A model generated the notes under the pieces. It saw nothing but the letters and a program-made list of their open reading frames with translations. It was not told the DNA's origin and made no database searches. A stretch of 64,000 nt of DNA, taken from the sequence record NC_041917.1. The stretch is one strand, 5' to 3'. How positions within the stretch are numbered: the stretch's first letter is position 1; every line of letters starts with the position of its first letter. Both the position numbers and the translations under genes were made by a program. This document shows positions 53,636-64,000 of the stretch, piece by piece.

Positions 53636-54118
53636 ATGGAACACAAAATTGTTGGTCATAGTACTGATGAATCAATACAAACAACTTTCTATATCATCAA
53701 TAGTACTAATACTGATAAAGTACTGTTCGATTCTATGGGTGGATTGCAGTTTGAACCAATCACCTATAAAAATGAATGGGCTAATGTAATGAACTTTACA
53801 ACTGCTAAAGCTGCTTATTCATATATTAAGCATTTGCATAGCAAAGATAGTATCATTACTAAGCATTATAACTTAGCAGTTATGGGTCGTACTATCATTG
53901 AAACTGTAAACTCCGTGGTTTACAGTACGTACTTGACACATAAAGAACATACTGATGCACAGAATTATGGTCACATGGATACATTTGAACATTTCTATTC
54001 ATCTATACATCCTGAATGGTCCGAAAGTAAAATGCGTGAAGAACGCAGTACTGAAGCACCTGAGTATATTTCTTCAGTACTTCAAAATGCCTTCGAGTTG
54101 TACAAGCAACTGTTGTAA
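53636..54118 (+). CDS. hypothetical protein
   Basis: ATG 53636. Confidence 0.7.
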   Translation: MEHKIVGHSTDESIQTTFYIINSTNTDKVLFDSMGGLQFEPITYKNEWANVMNFTTAKAAYSYIKHLHSKDSIITKHYNLAVMGRTIIETVNSVVYSTYLTHKEHTDAQNYGHMDTFEHFYSSIHPEWSESKMREERSTEAPEYISSVLQNAFELYKQLL

Positions 54119-54120
54119 TG

Positions 54121-54148
54121 AAAAAAGCCCCAATAAGGGGCTTTTTTT
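54121..54148. terminator. bidirectional terminator
   Basis: AAAAAAGCCCC-AATAA-GGGGCTTTTTTT at the strand switch. Confidence 0.8.
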
Positions 54149-55283
54149 ATGATAATGAAGGGGTAACTAATGGTTGGAAACCAATAACTACCTTACTACT
54201 TCCATAATTTGGAAGTAATGAATAATTGCCACTATTACCACAACCATATATTTTAAAATCAGTTATAAAATATGTAGTACTTGTCCCAAAATGTATAATA
54301 TCTTTAATTTGAGATATTATAGAAGGGTCAGTACCAGGAACTTGTGTAAATGAAGTCATATAATTATTCCAAGGTGCAGAAATAGTATTTGCTCCACCAA
54401 TTGGATATGTCGAAGTTTGATAACCACTATAATATAGGTTATTATCAGTTCCAATTATATGTGTACAACTATTAATACTAAAAATTGATTTAATAGTAGA
54501 ATATGAAAATGGTAATAATATCCAATCTGTAATTCCAGTAGTTAACCCATTTCCTAATTGCCCATTAGAATTTTGTCCCTGTACATACCAAGTACCATCA
54601 TTTTTTTTCACAAACAAAGCACTATACATTACATATACATCATTAATGTCCGTATTTAAAGTTACGAAAGATGTATTAGTTTGTGGATAAGTTGAACCTA
54701 ATAAATTTGTTCCGTTGTATCCTGAACCAACCAAAGTCCCGTCATTTTTCAATACAAATAAATTATCAATAACATCATCTTTTGTAAATATGTCTTTTAC
54801 ATCCGTTAGTTGAAGTTTTGTAAATGATTGACTTGTTGTGGTAGTTCCATTTCCATATGAACCATATTGATTACCACCAACTGCCCAAACTTCTCCAATT
54901 GTATTTAAAACATATATAGCTCCTGAACTTACACACATTTTTTTAATAATACCAAATGCGTTAAATCTTGAGCTAACATTACTCCAAGTTACGGATGTAC
55001 TTATTCCAAATGGATTTGATGAACCACTCCACCAGTAAGTACCATCATTCTTGAGTACAAAAGACCAATTTGTATTACTCCAAACATCTTTGACATTAGT
55101 AATAGTATTAATAAAATATGTAAATGGTACACCTAATCCAAATCTTGAAGAATCACCCATTGCATATAACGAATTTGTTGAATCCTGAGAAAGTAGCCCT
55201 AAACTAATTCTACTAGTAACAAACTTTTTATAGAATCTTTTTTCGCGTATTGTAGTATTACTTATTATTGGAAATGGTAGCAT
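54147..55283 (-). CDS. MLPFP-family RCC1-like beta-propeller protein
   Basis: VWAVGGNQYGSYG, GQNSNGQLGNG repeats. Confidence 0.75.
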   Translation of the reverse strand: MLPFPIISNTTIREKRFYKKFVTSRISLGLLSQDSTNSLYAMGDSSRFGLGVPFTYFINTITNVKDVWSNTNWSFVLKNDGTYWWSGSSNPFGISTSVTWSNVSSRFNAFGIIKKMCVSSGAIYVLNTIGEVWAVGGNQYGSYGNGTTTTSQSFTKLQLTDVKDIFTKDDVIDNLFVLKNDGTLVGSGYNGTNLLGSTYPQTNTSFVTLNTDINDVYVMYSALFVKKNDGTWYVQGQNSNGQLGNGLTTGITDWILLPFSYSTIKSIFSINSCTHIIGTDNNLYYSGYQTSTYPIGGANTISAPWNNYMTSFTQVPGTDPSIISQIKDIIHFGTSTTYFITDFKIYGCGNSGNYSLLPNYGSSKVVIGFQPLVTPSLS

Positions 55284-55295
55284 ATTATATTCCTC

Positions 55296-56138
55296 TTATT
55301 GATTATTTGTTAATTGGTTAGGGAATGATCTACCTGCACCCCATATAACTCGTACTCCACCTTGGCATGTAGTAGAATTTGAACCACCAGCACCACGATA
55401 GTTAGTACTTCCCATATTTGAAGAACCAGCAGCACCTTCATTTCCTCGACCTCCACCAGTACCATTGTTACCTTGACCATACATAGCAGTTCCACCACCT
55501 GATCCACCATATGACTGTGAACCTAGACCAGAACCACCACCGCCTCCAGCACCTCCAGCACCAGTTCCTCCTGATCCTCCTGAATATACACCACCATTTC
55601 CTCCAGCACCAGAATATCCTCCAGCACCACCGGAACCACCTCTGCCGTTTCCATATAATCCAGCACCACCGGAACCACCATTAGCACCCCCATCATTTAT
55701 AGTACTTGCAGATTTACCACCTGTACCACCTGTACCTGCATATGGTGTTGTGCCACCCGTACCACCATTCGCTATAACTAATGTATCAGTATTTCTTCTA
55801 ATTGCACTTAATGTTCCACCACCACCAGTACTTCCTATTGAACTAACTGGTGCACCTCTAGAACCAACAATTATTGTTAAGGTTTCGCCTGGAGTTACAG
55901 GAATATTATTTCTAAAACTTAGTCCACCGCCTCCAGCACCTCCACCAGCAGGGTATGAACCTGAACCACTAGGTGGTCCATAATAGGTATTCGCACCACC
56001 ACCACCAGCTATAACAACTGCACTGATAGAATAAACATCATCAGGTACTGTAAAATTAAATGTTCCACTATTAATCCATTCTTGTTGACCTTTAGGTGGA
56101 AGTTTGTTAGTATTGCTTATTATTGGGAAAGGTAACAT
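55296..56138 (-). CDS. MLPFP-family glycine-rich protein
   Basis: FTVPDDV..GGGG..RNNIPVTPGE..GVRVIWG. Confidence 0.75.
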   Translation of the reverse strand: MLPFPIISNTNKLPPKGQQEWINSGTFNFTVPDDVYSISAVVIAGGGGANTYYGPPSGSGSYPAGGGAGGGGLSFRNNIPVTPGETLTIIVGSRGAPVSSIGSTGGGGTLSAIRRNTDTLVIANGGTGGTTPYAGTGGTGGKSASTINDGGANGGSGGAGLYGNGRGGSGGAGGYSGAGGNGGVYSGGSGGTGAGGAGGGGGSGLGSQSYGGSGGGTAMYGQGNNGTGGGRGNEGAAGSSNMGSTNYRGAGGSNSTTCQGGVRVIWGAGRSFPNQLTNNQ

Positions 56139-56141
56139 AAT

Positions 56142-57266
56142 TTATCCTTTTATATTAACTGGTACTAATGAAGTACTACTAGTACCATCAAATGCTAGAC
56201 CAGTTATGAAAACTTTATTATTGTATAGCAAATATGTACAATATTGATTAGACTCCAATGATTGTATTAATGTTGCATCAAATGTGGAAGGACCAATAAC
56301 ATTTGATAATGATATTTGCCTATATGTTCCAAATGCAGATCCTGCACCAGGAAAACCAACATTACCATTTGTATTTCTTCCAGAATAATATATTCCATCA
56401 GCAGTAGCAATCATAGTCATATATGCTGCTCCACGAGAACTACCAAAAAATAAAGGCTTTCCTACCAAATAAAATGTTATAGGATATACTCTATTTCCTT
56501 GCATGTCAGCAATATTATTATTCCCTAATTGACCAAAAGATGATAAACCAACAGCATATGTTCTGTCTGAACCAGGAATTAAACATGATCTGTAATGAGT
56601 TTTAAGTTCAGGGTTAAACATATCTCCATATACACCACCGTATTGTGAAGCCCATGTTGCTTGATTATTTGCAGTTAAAGGTAAGTTCAATGCCCAATAC
56701 TCACCAACTCCATATATATTTTGATTATTATCTCTGTAATACATACTTTCAGTACTAACAGATATATCATATGCGTTGTTTGCAACGTTTTGTAATGATG
56801 ATTGTAAACCAGATGTGTAAACTCCATTACCTAGATACCCACTACCTACCGTATATAACGTGTTGTCATTGCATAGTATTGCACAGATTTTTTCCGATGC
56901 ACAGATTTTTTTAACCCCCTTAGCAGCTACAACATTTAAATTTGTACGAGCTTGCCATGTAGATATATTTCCACTAAAACCGGTACTATTAACTGCACCA
57001 GTTGCCATTATTGCTGAATCCGAATCTCGAATAACAAATGATATTCTTTCTCCACAAAATATATCTCTAGCACCAGAAAAAACTTTAACATAATCTGTTT
57101 GTGTTATTGTATTTCCAGTACCAAGTTGACCATATGTATTTTTTCCTATACCATATACATCACCAGTAGATGTTAAGAACAAGAAGTGTTCTTGTCCAGC
57201 AGCAATTTTAGTAATTACTAATTTTTCTAAAATAGGTGTTGAACTTATTATTGGAAATGGTAACAT
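56142..57266 (-). CDS. MLPFP-family RCC1-like beta-propeller protein
   Basis: GKNTYGQLGTG. Confidence 0.75.
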   Translation of the reverse strand: MLPFPIISSTPILEKLVITKIAAGQEHFLFLTSTGDVYGIGKNTYGQLGTGNTITQTDYVKVFSGARDIFCGERISFVIRDSDSAIMATGAVNSTGFSGNISTWQARTNLNVVAAKGVKKICASEKICAILCNDNTLYTVGSGYLGNGVYTSGLQSSLQNVANNAYDISVSTESMYYRDNNQNIYGVGEYWALNLPLTANNQATWASQYGGVYGDMFNPELKTHYRSCLIPGSDRTYAVGLSSFGQLGNNNIADMQGNRVYPITFYLVGKPLFFGSSRGAAYMTMIATADGIYYSGRNTNGNVGFPGAGSAFGTYRQISLSNVIGPSTFDATLIQSLESNQYCTYLLYNNKVFITGLAFDGTSSTSLVPVNIKG

Positions 57267-57351
57267 TTATCTCCCCCGTTGAATAAGTTTTTATATAGGG
57301 TATTTACCTGTGTAATAAAAAAAGCCCATCCGTAGATGAGCTTAAAATTGT

Positions 57352-58149
57352 TTATAAATCTGTTGTTTTTGAACTAGGAAATGCCCTTCCATTTCCCCAT
57401 ATAATACGAACAGCCCCTGCTCCACCAGGACATAATGCAGTACCGCCACCACCTCCACCATATAAGCCGCCCCTTGATACTGTTGTACTTGTTGCAACAC
57501 CATCGGTTCCACCAGAACCACCTCTACCTACTGAACTAGATGCATTAGATGGAGAACCAGTTCTTGCCGCTCCACTTGCACCTTCACCAAGTAAACCAAC
57601 TCCACCACCAGAACCACCATAGAATGTTGAACTAGATGTAAAAGCTACACCTGCTCCCCCTGCTCCACCAGTACCTGCACTAGATATAGTACCATTACCA
57701 ATACCACCATTACCAGAATATCCTCCAGCACCGCCACCACCGCGTGATGAAGTATCGAATCCGCCATTACCACCACCAGTACTGTTAACTCCAATAGTAC
57801 TACTAGTGTCATTGTTATTACCACCTTTAGCAATTAATAATACTTCTGAAGTACTAGCTCTTACTATTTTAGATGATACTGATACTGTCCCAGCATTTGT
57901 TTGATTCGCTGCGGTTATATTAAGTACTTCTCCTGGTGTTACTGGTATATTGTTTCTCCAGCGGAGATCACCACCAGCACCACCTATTACTGTATTTGAA
58001 ATATATCTACCTGAACCAGCACCTACGCATACGGCACATATACTATGAACGCCAGCAGGAACGGTAAAGGTTGTTGTTTGTGCAGTCCATTGTTGTTGAC
58101 CAGTCGGTACTGATACTGTTGTGTGACTGATGATTGGAAATGGTAACAT
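57352..58149 (-). CDS. MLPFP-family glycine-rich protein
   Basis: FTVPAGV..RNNIPVTPGE..GAVRIIWG; paralogue of 55296. Confidence 0.75.
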   Translation of the reverse strand: MLPFPIISHTTVSVPTGQQQWTAQTTTFTVPAGVHSICAVCVGAGSGRYISNTVIGGAGGDLRWRNNIPVTPGEVLNITAANQTNAGTVSVSSKIVRASTSEVLLIAKGGNNNDTSSTIGVNSTGGGNGGFDTSSRGGGGAGGYSGNGGIGNGTISSAGTGGAGGAGVAFTSSSTFYGGSGGGVGLLGEGASGAARTGSPSNASSSVGRGGSGGTDGVATSTTVSRGGLYGGGGGGTALCPGGAGAVRIIWGNGRAFPSSKTTDL

Positions 58150-58206
58150 ATTGAATTCCTTATTTTAAAATATTTACCCAAAATAATATTAATTTGAGTT
58201 AAGTTT

Positions 58207-59340
58207 TTATACACTTGGAAATGATGTTTGTCTTGAACCAAGTACAACATTCGTGGTAGTACTTCCTAATCTCCCATCAGCACTATAACCAGATGCATAT
58301 TTCGTGTTATCAATCAAGTTTATAATTAACATACCAGCACGTATATTATCTGAATAATCACTAATTGTTGTAGGGAATGTATATGAAGTAAACACTGGAA
58401 CAATAGCAGTACTTCCAGTAGTACTTAAACTAGAATATGAATTTATTCCAGCGAACCATAAAGTACTAGGATCTGATTTAAGTACATAATATGTATTGTA
58501 TTCTGAATCAACTGCGGATAATACATTTGATGCCATTAGATGAGGTTCACTGTAATATACATTACCTGTATTATTATTCCCTGCTTGTGCTTGTGACGAA
58601 TTTCCAATAAAATATAAATCATCATTAGAATCTATATAGTTCAAATGCTTTCCACCAACTGAAAAAGATTTAACACCATTCAAAAATGGAGCACTTGTCC
58701 ATATTCTTTTAGTACTGTCAGTTGCATTCATTGGTATACCTGTAGCACTTACTGCACCACATGCTTGATAACTTCCATCCATCATCTTTGCATATGTACA
58801 CATACCAGATGAACCAGTACCATAAGCATATCCAACTTCTTGAACTGAACTTAATGTCTTGGTTAAAGTACTGTACGAAGATACAGTAGTACCAAATTGA
58901 TAACTTGCATTATTTCCTATAAAATATAAATCACCATTCTTTAGAAGTACACATGCACTTTGAAAAGCAGCACTTTTAATAGTTACTATATCACTTATGT
59001 TTGTTATACCAGCAGAACTAAATTGAGAAGTCAAATCTAATTTTTGATATGATGAACCAGTCATTCCCCAAAAGGAGTTATCACTACCGTATCCGTAAAT
59101 TTTATTACTTGCATAACATAACATGTAAGTGATATACTGACCAGTAAACACAGCATCTACCGATTCACCTGGTGGGGTTTGTTCGAACCATGCAGTACTG
59201 ACTGGTGCATTTGACCAGTATCTACCACGAACAAATACTCTTTTGTTTATAAAATATAATGTGTCAATTAACCCATTAAGTAATGGTTCTATTGGCTTAT
59301 ATCTACTATTCGTATTACTTATTATTGGAAATGGTAACAT
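58207..59340 (-). CDS. MLPFP-family RCC1-like beta-propeller protein
   Basis: GDLYFIGNNASYQFG repeats. Confidence 0.7.
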   Translation of the reverse strand: MLPFPIISNTNSRYKPIEPLLNGLIDTLYFINKRVFVRGRYWSNAPVSTAWFEQTPPGESVDAVFTGQYITYMLCYASNKIYGYGSDNSFWGMTGSSYQKLDLTSQFSSAGITNISDIVTIKSAAFQSACVLLKNGDLYFIGNNASYQFGTTVSSYSTLTKTLSSVQEVGYAYGTGSSGMCTYAKMMDGSYQACGAVSATGIPMNATDSTKRIWTSAPFLNGVKSFSVGGKHLNYIDSNDDLYFIGNSSQAQAGNNNTGNVYYSEPHLMASNVLSAVDSEYNTYYVLKSDPSTLWFAGINSYSSLSTTGSTAIVPVFTSYTFPTTISDYSDNIRAGMLIINLIDNTKYASGYSADGRLGSTTTNVVLGSRQTSFPSV

Positions 59341-59349
59341 TTCTACTCC

Positions 59350-60504
59350 TTAATTAAAATCTGGTATTACTAATGGCCTATAAACACTATCATTTTGTGG
59401 GAACATTAATCCTAAACCCCATATCTCTTGATAATCTGCACCTAAGTACAATAAGAATGCATTATTGTTATTTCCCATTGCCATTCCTGAATATGTCGCA
59501 GTACTGACTGGTAATGTATGTTGTTGTAACCAATTAGCTCGGTTAGATACATTGTTCATTAATGGTGTTACCGAACCCCCGCCACCAAATAATATCTTAG
59601 CAAAGAATTGACCAGTACTCTTTCTTCCATAAACAACTCCTCCACTTGATGCTAATTGAAAATCAGTTAGACCTGAACTTTGATTTCCAGTAGCACTATA
59701 TAAGTTTAATATACCACTATTTGATCCCTGTAAATCTACAGCATTACCACAAAATAATCCAACATTATTAGAACTGTCTAAGTACCAAGATGTTCTCCCA
59801 GCAATCGCCACTGCACTACATACTATAGTTGTACTCATTTGTTGAAAAGTACTAAATGATGATGTATTAGAAAAACTAACCTGCTTATAACCATTATATC
59901 CACATGCCCATATATGTGAAGAACTATCTAAGTAAGAAATAACATTCTGAACAGATCCAACTGGATGTTGAACATATAGTTTCTGAACATCAGTGGCTAA
60001 TGAGACAGTATAAACAGATAAGTTCGTTGTGTTATTTCTACCGAACTGACCATATGAATTTGTACCACAAAAATATACTAATCCATCAGACCGTAAAATC
60101 GCACTCATCTGATACCCAACAATAATATCCTTGATTAATGATACGCTAAATGGTATGCTAGATGTGATTTCTACCCATGAATTTGCACCAACTGTACTAC
60201 TGAACCCAAATTGTACGGCTGACGTAAATCTACCACATACCCATACTGTACCATCATTTTTAATTGCTATCGTATTTTCAGAACGATCCCCATATATCGA
60301 TGATACGTTTGACATACTAAGTACCCAATTGTTATAATCTGTACTGTACGTAGTATCACCAAGTTGTCCGTACTGGTTATTGCCTCTAGTATATAATTGA
60401 CCATTTGTTCCAAGTACTGCAATGTGGGATGACCCAGCTATAAACTTTTGAATTCTGTAATTACTTTTTTGACGTAAATTACTTATGATTGGAAATGGTA
60501 ACAT
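59350..60504 (-). CDS. MLPFP-family RCC1-like beta-propeller protein
   Basis: RGNNQYGQLG, CGTNSYGQFG. Confidence 0.75.
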   Translation of the reverse strand: MLPFPIISNLRQKSNYRIQKFIAGSSHIAVLGTNGQLYTRGNNQYGQLGDTTYSTDYNNWVLSMSNVSSIYGDRSENTIAIKNDGTVWVCGRFTSAVQFGFSSTVGANSWVEITSSIPFSVSLIKDIIVGYQMSAILRSDGLVYFCGTNSYGQFGRNNTTNLSVYTVSLATDVQKLYVQHPVGSVQNVISYLDSSSHIWACGYNGYKQVSFSNTSSFSTFQQMSTTIVCSAVAIAGRTSWYLDSSNNVGLFCGNAVDLQGSNSGILNLYSATGNQSSGLTDFQLASSGGVVYGRKSTGQFFAKILFGGGGSVTPLMNNVSNRANWLQQHTLPVSTATYSGMAMGNNNNAFLLYLGADYQEIWGLGLMFPQNDSVYRPLVIPDFN

Positions 60505-60518
60505 TTGTTGTTCTCCTA

Positions 60519-61676
60519 TTATTCTGGAACCTCTTGTGGTAAAAAATTATATGTAGTCGCATCTAACCACGTTACATCACCACAGGCATATAATATATTA
60601 TTCTGTACAACAAATGTAACACCTGTAGTATCAGTATTACCCGCTGAACAAAATGATGTAATTCCAGTACTAGGCAATGGCATAATAGTAAATCCAGTAC
60701 TCTTGTTAGTACTTGAACCTAAACTTGGCCCAGCACTTCCCGCTGAATATAAATTTGTACTACCTGCATCAGTATAAAATGATTGGTGACCAATTTCTAA
60801 ATATCCAGTACCAAATGAACTAAATGAATTTCCAGTTCCTCCAGCACCAACCCTAAATGTAGGTGTGTAGTTAGAACCATAAGGAGGTATAGCACCACCA
60901 GGATTCGTAGATGTGTATCCACAATATAATATTGCAGTATTATTCAATGTACTATCAGATGCAGCATATATTAATGTATGAATGTATCCCTCAAAGGCCA
61001 TGACAGGATATGTGTATCCAGCAGGTAATGTTATAGTAGTCCATGAAGCCATGTCAGTATTACTATTATTTCCCATCTTATAATTCTGTGCTAAACCCCT
61101 TGCGTACAATACATTATTTGTACCTATACAAAACGTTCCAGCTAGATTACTGTGAACGTACTTCACCCCTGAACGTGATAACGTAAATGCAGTACTAGTA
61201 CTATTCAATGCACCTACCCCTAAACAATTATAAGCGTTAAATCCTAAAGCATATAAGTTGTTATTCGTATTCAATAATACAAATGTTCCATATATGTTTA
61301 AACATATCTGCTTGACTGTCGTTGCAGGTGTTGAGGTTAGTGTGTATAATCTATCATATACCGTCCACAAATAACTCGTCCCACCATATCCTAATGCTCT
61401 ACCATATCCAGCACATAAGAATTGATCATCATATGTTTGTATTATAGTGTGATAATTGTTTAACCAAACCTCTTTAACATTCGTCCGTACTAGTACCCAA
61501 TTCTTATAATCACTAGGTGAAGCTATTCCAAAATTAGTATATTGATTTGAACCCCGCATGTATAAATTACCATTATCGTATAATAATGCAACAACTCTAC
61601 TTGATCCAAGTACTTTCTTTATTTTATTTTTTACTACTGTATTCCCATACTTATTCATTATTGGAAAGGGTAACAT
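60519..61676 (-). CDS. MLPFP-family RCC1-like beta-propeller protein
   Basis: RGSNQY, LGFNAYNCLG. Confidence 0.75.
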   Translation of the reverse strand: MLPFPIMNKYGNTVVKNKIKKVLGSSRVVALLYDNGNLYMRGSNQYTNFGIASPSDYKNWVLVRTNVKEVWLNNYHTIIQTYDDQFLCAGYGRALGYGGTSYLWTVYDRLYTLTSTPATTVKQICLNIYGTFVLLNTNNNLYALGFNAYNCLGVGALNSTSTAFTLSRSGVKYVHSNLAGTFCIGTNNVLYARGLAQNYKMGNNSNTDMASWTTITLPAGYTYPVMAFEGYIHTLIYAASDSTLNNTAILYCGYTSTNPGGAIPPYGSNYTPTFRVGAGGTGNSFSSFGTGYLEIGHQSFYTDAGSTNLYSAGSAGPSLGSSTNKSTGFTIMPLPSTGITSFCSAGNTDTTGVTFVVQNNILYACGDVTWLDATTYNFLPQEVPE

Positions 61677-61781
61677 GTAAAATTCTCCTTATTTTTCACT
61701 ACTGTGTAGTAGTCACCTATAATCATCAGTATTTACCTCATTAAACAAAAATAGCTCAACCTAATATTGAGCTATATGTCG

Positions 61782-61880
61782 TTACACTAATTGTCTTATA
61801 CCTAGTTTCTGAATGTATACATAAAATGTAGATACAGATGCACCACGTACATTATTACTTATTATTGGTAGTGGTAACAT
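61782..61880 (-). pseudogene. 32-aa truncated MLPLP paralogue
   Basis: AAGGGG RBS; MLPLPIISNNVRGASVSTFYVYIQKLGIRQLV*. Confidence 0.55.
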
Positions 61881-61889
61881 ATATCCCCC

Positions 61890-62555
61890 TTAACTTAATT
61901 TTGTTATCTTTATATATGCTAATGATCCTGAACTATAATAGTACTGACCACTCGCCGCATCTACATAACCACCACCTATACTAAAGTAATCACCTCGACC
62001 AAATGCATATGCAGGATAATTCTGTGTTACTCCAGTACGTGCATTGTATATGCTCCAACCAATCCCACGTATGAATGTTATCTTTAATGTCTCCCAACCT
62101 AATGTATTCGCCCCATTCATCAGTACTCTATTAAAACTAGAACCTGTATCACAAAATATTTGAAAGTACGTGCTCGGATACTGATTCGCACTACACGATA
62201 TTCCCGCGACCCTGCGTGTACCATAATTTCCAGTCTGCCATAGTACCTGTAATGTTCCCGTATTACACTTGAACATGTAATCTATCTCGAAATCGATATT
62301 CCTTAAATCTAATTGTGAACCATCAGTAATTGCAGGTGATAAGTAATATCCATTGTTGAATACCATTACATTTCTATCTACTTCAGAATCATATTGTACT
62401 ATTCCCGCTGAACCACTCGATAACGGAAACTGTACCCCAGTACTGTCTATCATAGATGTACTTCCTATATCTTGTCTATCGAAATCTATATCCAATAGTA
62501 TATTAGCCGCAGGTGCAACATTTCCGTACTCGACTATTCTCGCAAATGGTAACAT
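61890..62555 (-). CDS. MLPF-family LamG/concanavalin-like protein
   Basis: LDIDFD..VMVFNNGY..FEIDYMFK..FSIGGGY..LAYIKIT. Confidence 0.6.
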   Translation of the reverse strand: MLPFARIVEYGNVAPAANILLDIDFDRQDIGSTSMIDSTGVQFPLSSGSAGIVQYDSEVDRNVMVFNNGYYLSPAITDGSQLDLRNIDFEIDYMFKCNTGTLQVLWQTGNYGTRRVAGISCSANQYPSTYFQIFCDTGSSFNRVLMNGANTLGWETLKITFIRGIGWSIYNARTGVTQNYPAYAFGRGDYFSIGGGYVDAASGQYYYSSGSLAYIKITKLS

Positions 62556-62599
62556 CTCTATTCCTCTCCTTGAACCTAGTGTTAGGTCACTCCATTATT

Positions 62600-63682
62600 T
62601 TATTTCGGCTGCTCTAACTTATAGTACGATATAGAAGTACCCTGATTAACTAATAAATCAGAACCCGCTCCATATATTCCAGTACTCGTGTGCAATACCG
62701 TACTCGTGTTTGTACCAGTTAAATCAATTAATGATCCACTAAAAGATGTAATAGGATAATACTTCGTCCAAACCGTCTGATTCGATGAAGAACTTCCAGA
62801 ATATAAAGTCTGCCCACATCCCCATATACCATCACTTCCAATCACCGCTGCTCCATATCCCCAACAATGTATCTTAGCAGGTAACAGTATTAAAGTATTC
62901 ATTAACTTCGTTAAACCCCTATTACCTGTACTTCCACTTAAACCTAAAGATATTAATGCATTCTGACCCCTGCCCCATATCTCTCCATTAAGAAGTACTA
63001 TATATACATTGTTAATTCCTCCTAATGCAAATGATACAGAAGTCGTTATACTAGTGTAAGTACTAAATGATGTACCACTGTTAGAAATCTGTAACTGTGC
63101 ATTTGAACCAGTACCAAATAATTCTGAACCCCGTACTATATAAGTGTTGGTACTGTTAATACTAAATGAATCTACATTACTAGAACTCAACGTTAGTACT
63201 GGACTTATCGATGTACTTCCTGTACCTAAATTTGTACCAGTTAAATATAAATTTTTATTACTTAATAATACTCCTATACTACCAGTACTACTCTGTATAT
63301 CTGTAACAGTACTTCCATCTGAGGTTAAGGTGCTTAAATCATAAAACTCTGTCCATGTCAGTACTTGAGTAGATACAGAACTATCACCTATTATTGCACC
63401 CCTCTTACCACTGTATAGGAGCTTCTTCCCCTTACGTATTATAGATGTGTATGTGTTGGAGTTCCTATTCAAATATATATCATCCACTCCAGTTGCACTC
63501 AATGTCCATGTAGTCCTCTGTGTGGTATCACCTAATCCTAATTGACCATTGGCATTTGTACCATAAGAGTATACATTTCCTGTGTTACTTAAAGCAAGAT
63601 AATATCCATTAGCACCAACGTATTTTACAATAGATACCTTCACTATTATATGTGTATTACTTATTATTGGAAATGGTAACAT
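62600..63682 (-). CDS. MLPFP-family RCC1-like beta-propeller protein
   Basis: YGTNANGQLGLG. Confidence 0.75.
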   Translation of the reverse strand: MLPFPIISNTHIIVKVSIVKYVGANGYYLALSNTGNVYSYGTNANGQLGLGDTTQRTTWTLSATGVDDIYLNRNSNTYTSIIRKGKKLLYSGKRGAIIGDSSVSTQVLTWTEFYDLSTLTSDGSTVTDIQSSTGSIGVLLSNKNLYLTGTNLGTGSTSISPVLTLSSSNVDSFSINSTNTYIVRGSELFGTGSNAQLQISNSGTSFSTYTSITTSVSFALGGINNVYIVLLNGEIWGRGQNALISLGLSGSTGNRGLTKLMNTLILLPAKIHCWGYGAAVIGSDGIWGCGQTLYSGSSSSNQTVWTKYYPITSFSGSLIDLTGTNTSTVLHTSTGIYGAGSDLLVNQGTSISYYKLEQPK

Positions 63683-64000
63683 TAATTATTCCTCCTTACC
63701 ATTGTATTCCGCGTGTAGCAGTCACTAGTCAATTATAATTATGTACTATAATATCTAATATTTACCCCATAGAACTGCGTAGGAAGCTCTTAGAGAGCAT
63801 TAGTTTGATTCCTGTAGTATCGCACTGCGATATCGAAAGGATTCAAACACGCCAAAATAGTGCTTTCTAAAAGTACTGGTTATTATTATAGTACTATATA
63901 TTTGTACAACATGTGGATGTTTACAGGTGTAAGTAGGTACAGTATATTCTAGTACTGTCAATTATATTCTAGTACTTGACAGTACTACCCCCTGCCGCTA

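Noticed and set aside
55310-63344. Short alternative-frame and plus-strand ORFs inside the MLPFP genes
   Set aside because: Products of glycine-codon repeats and antisense frames within long genuine genes.

Overview
The window is 64 kb of an AT-rich, gene-dense jumbo myophage genome. The gene style suggests the enterobacterial GAP32/RaK2/121Q-like group, but this is inference and was not database-checked. 1-26.3 kb is a large tRNA region: about 21 uninterrupted tRNA genes plus pseudo-tRNAs, interleaved with small genes (tandem receiver-like proteins, 2OG-Fe(II) oxygenase, P-loop kinase, ClpP, Acb2, ART-like protein, HicA-like toxin, two HNH endonucleases). 26.4-54.1 kb is a plus-strand array of mostly hypothetical genes. 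It includes a methyltransferase, a sigma-70-like factor, a DksA/TraR finger, HNH proteins, an AAA ATPase and a YgiB-like lipoprotein, and two long structured intergenic RNA candidates. 54.1-63.7 kb is a minus-strand array of paralogues that share an MLPFP N-terminus. The main observation is a family of 14 short RNA elements, each a covarying stem followed by ACAGCA (or GCAGCA/ACGGCA). In 3 copies the element is a 43-51 nt insertion in the anticodon arm of tRNA-Glu, tRNA-Tyr or tRNA-Lys. In 11 copies it is turned inside-out and brackets circularly permuted tRNAs, isolated anticodon stem-loops or small hairpins. This is the geometry expected of a minimal tRNA splicing/circularisation system. I do not recognise one like it in phages; activity is untested inference.
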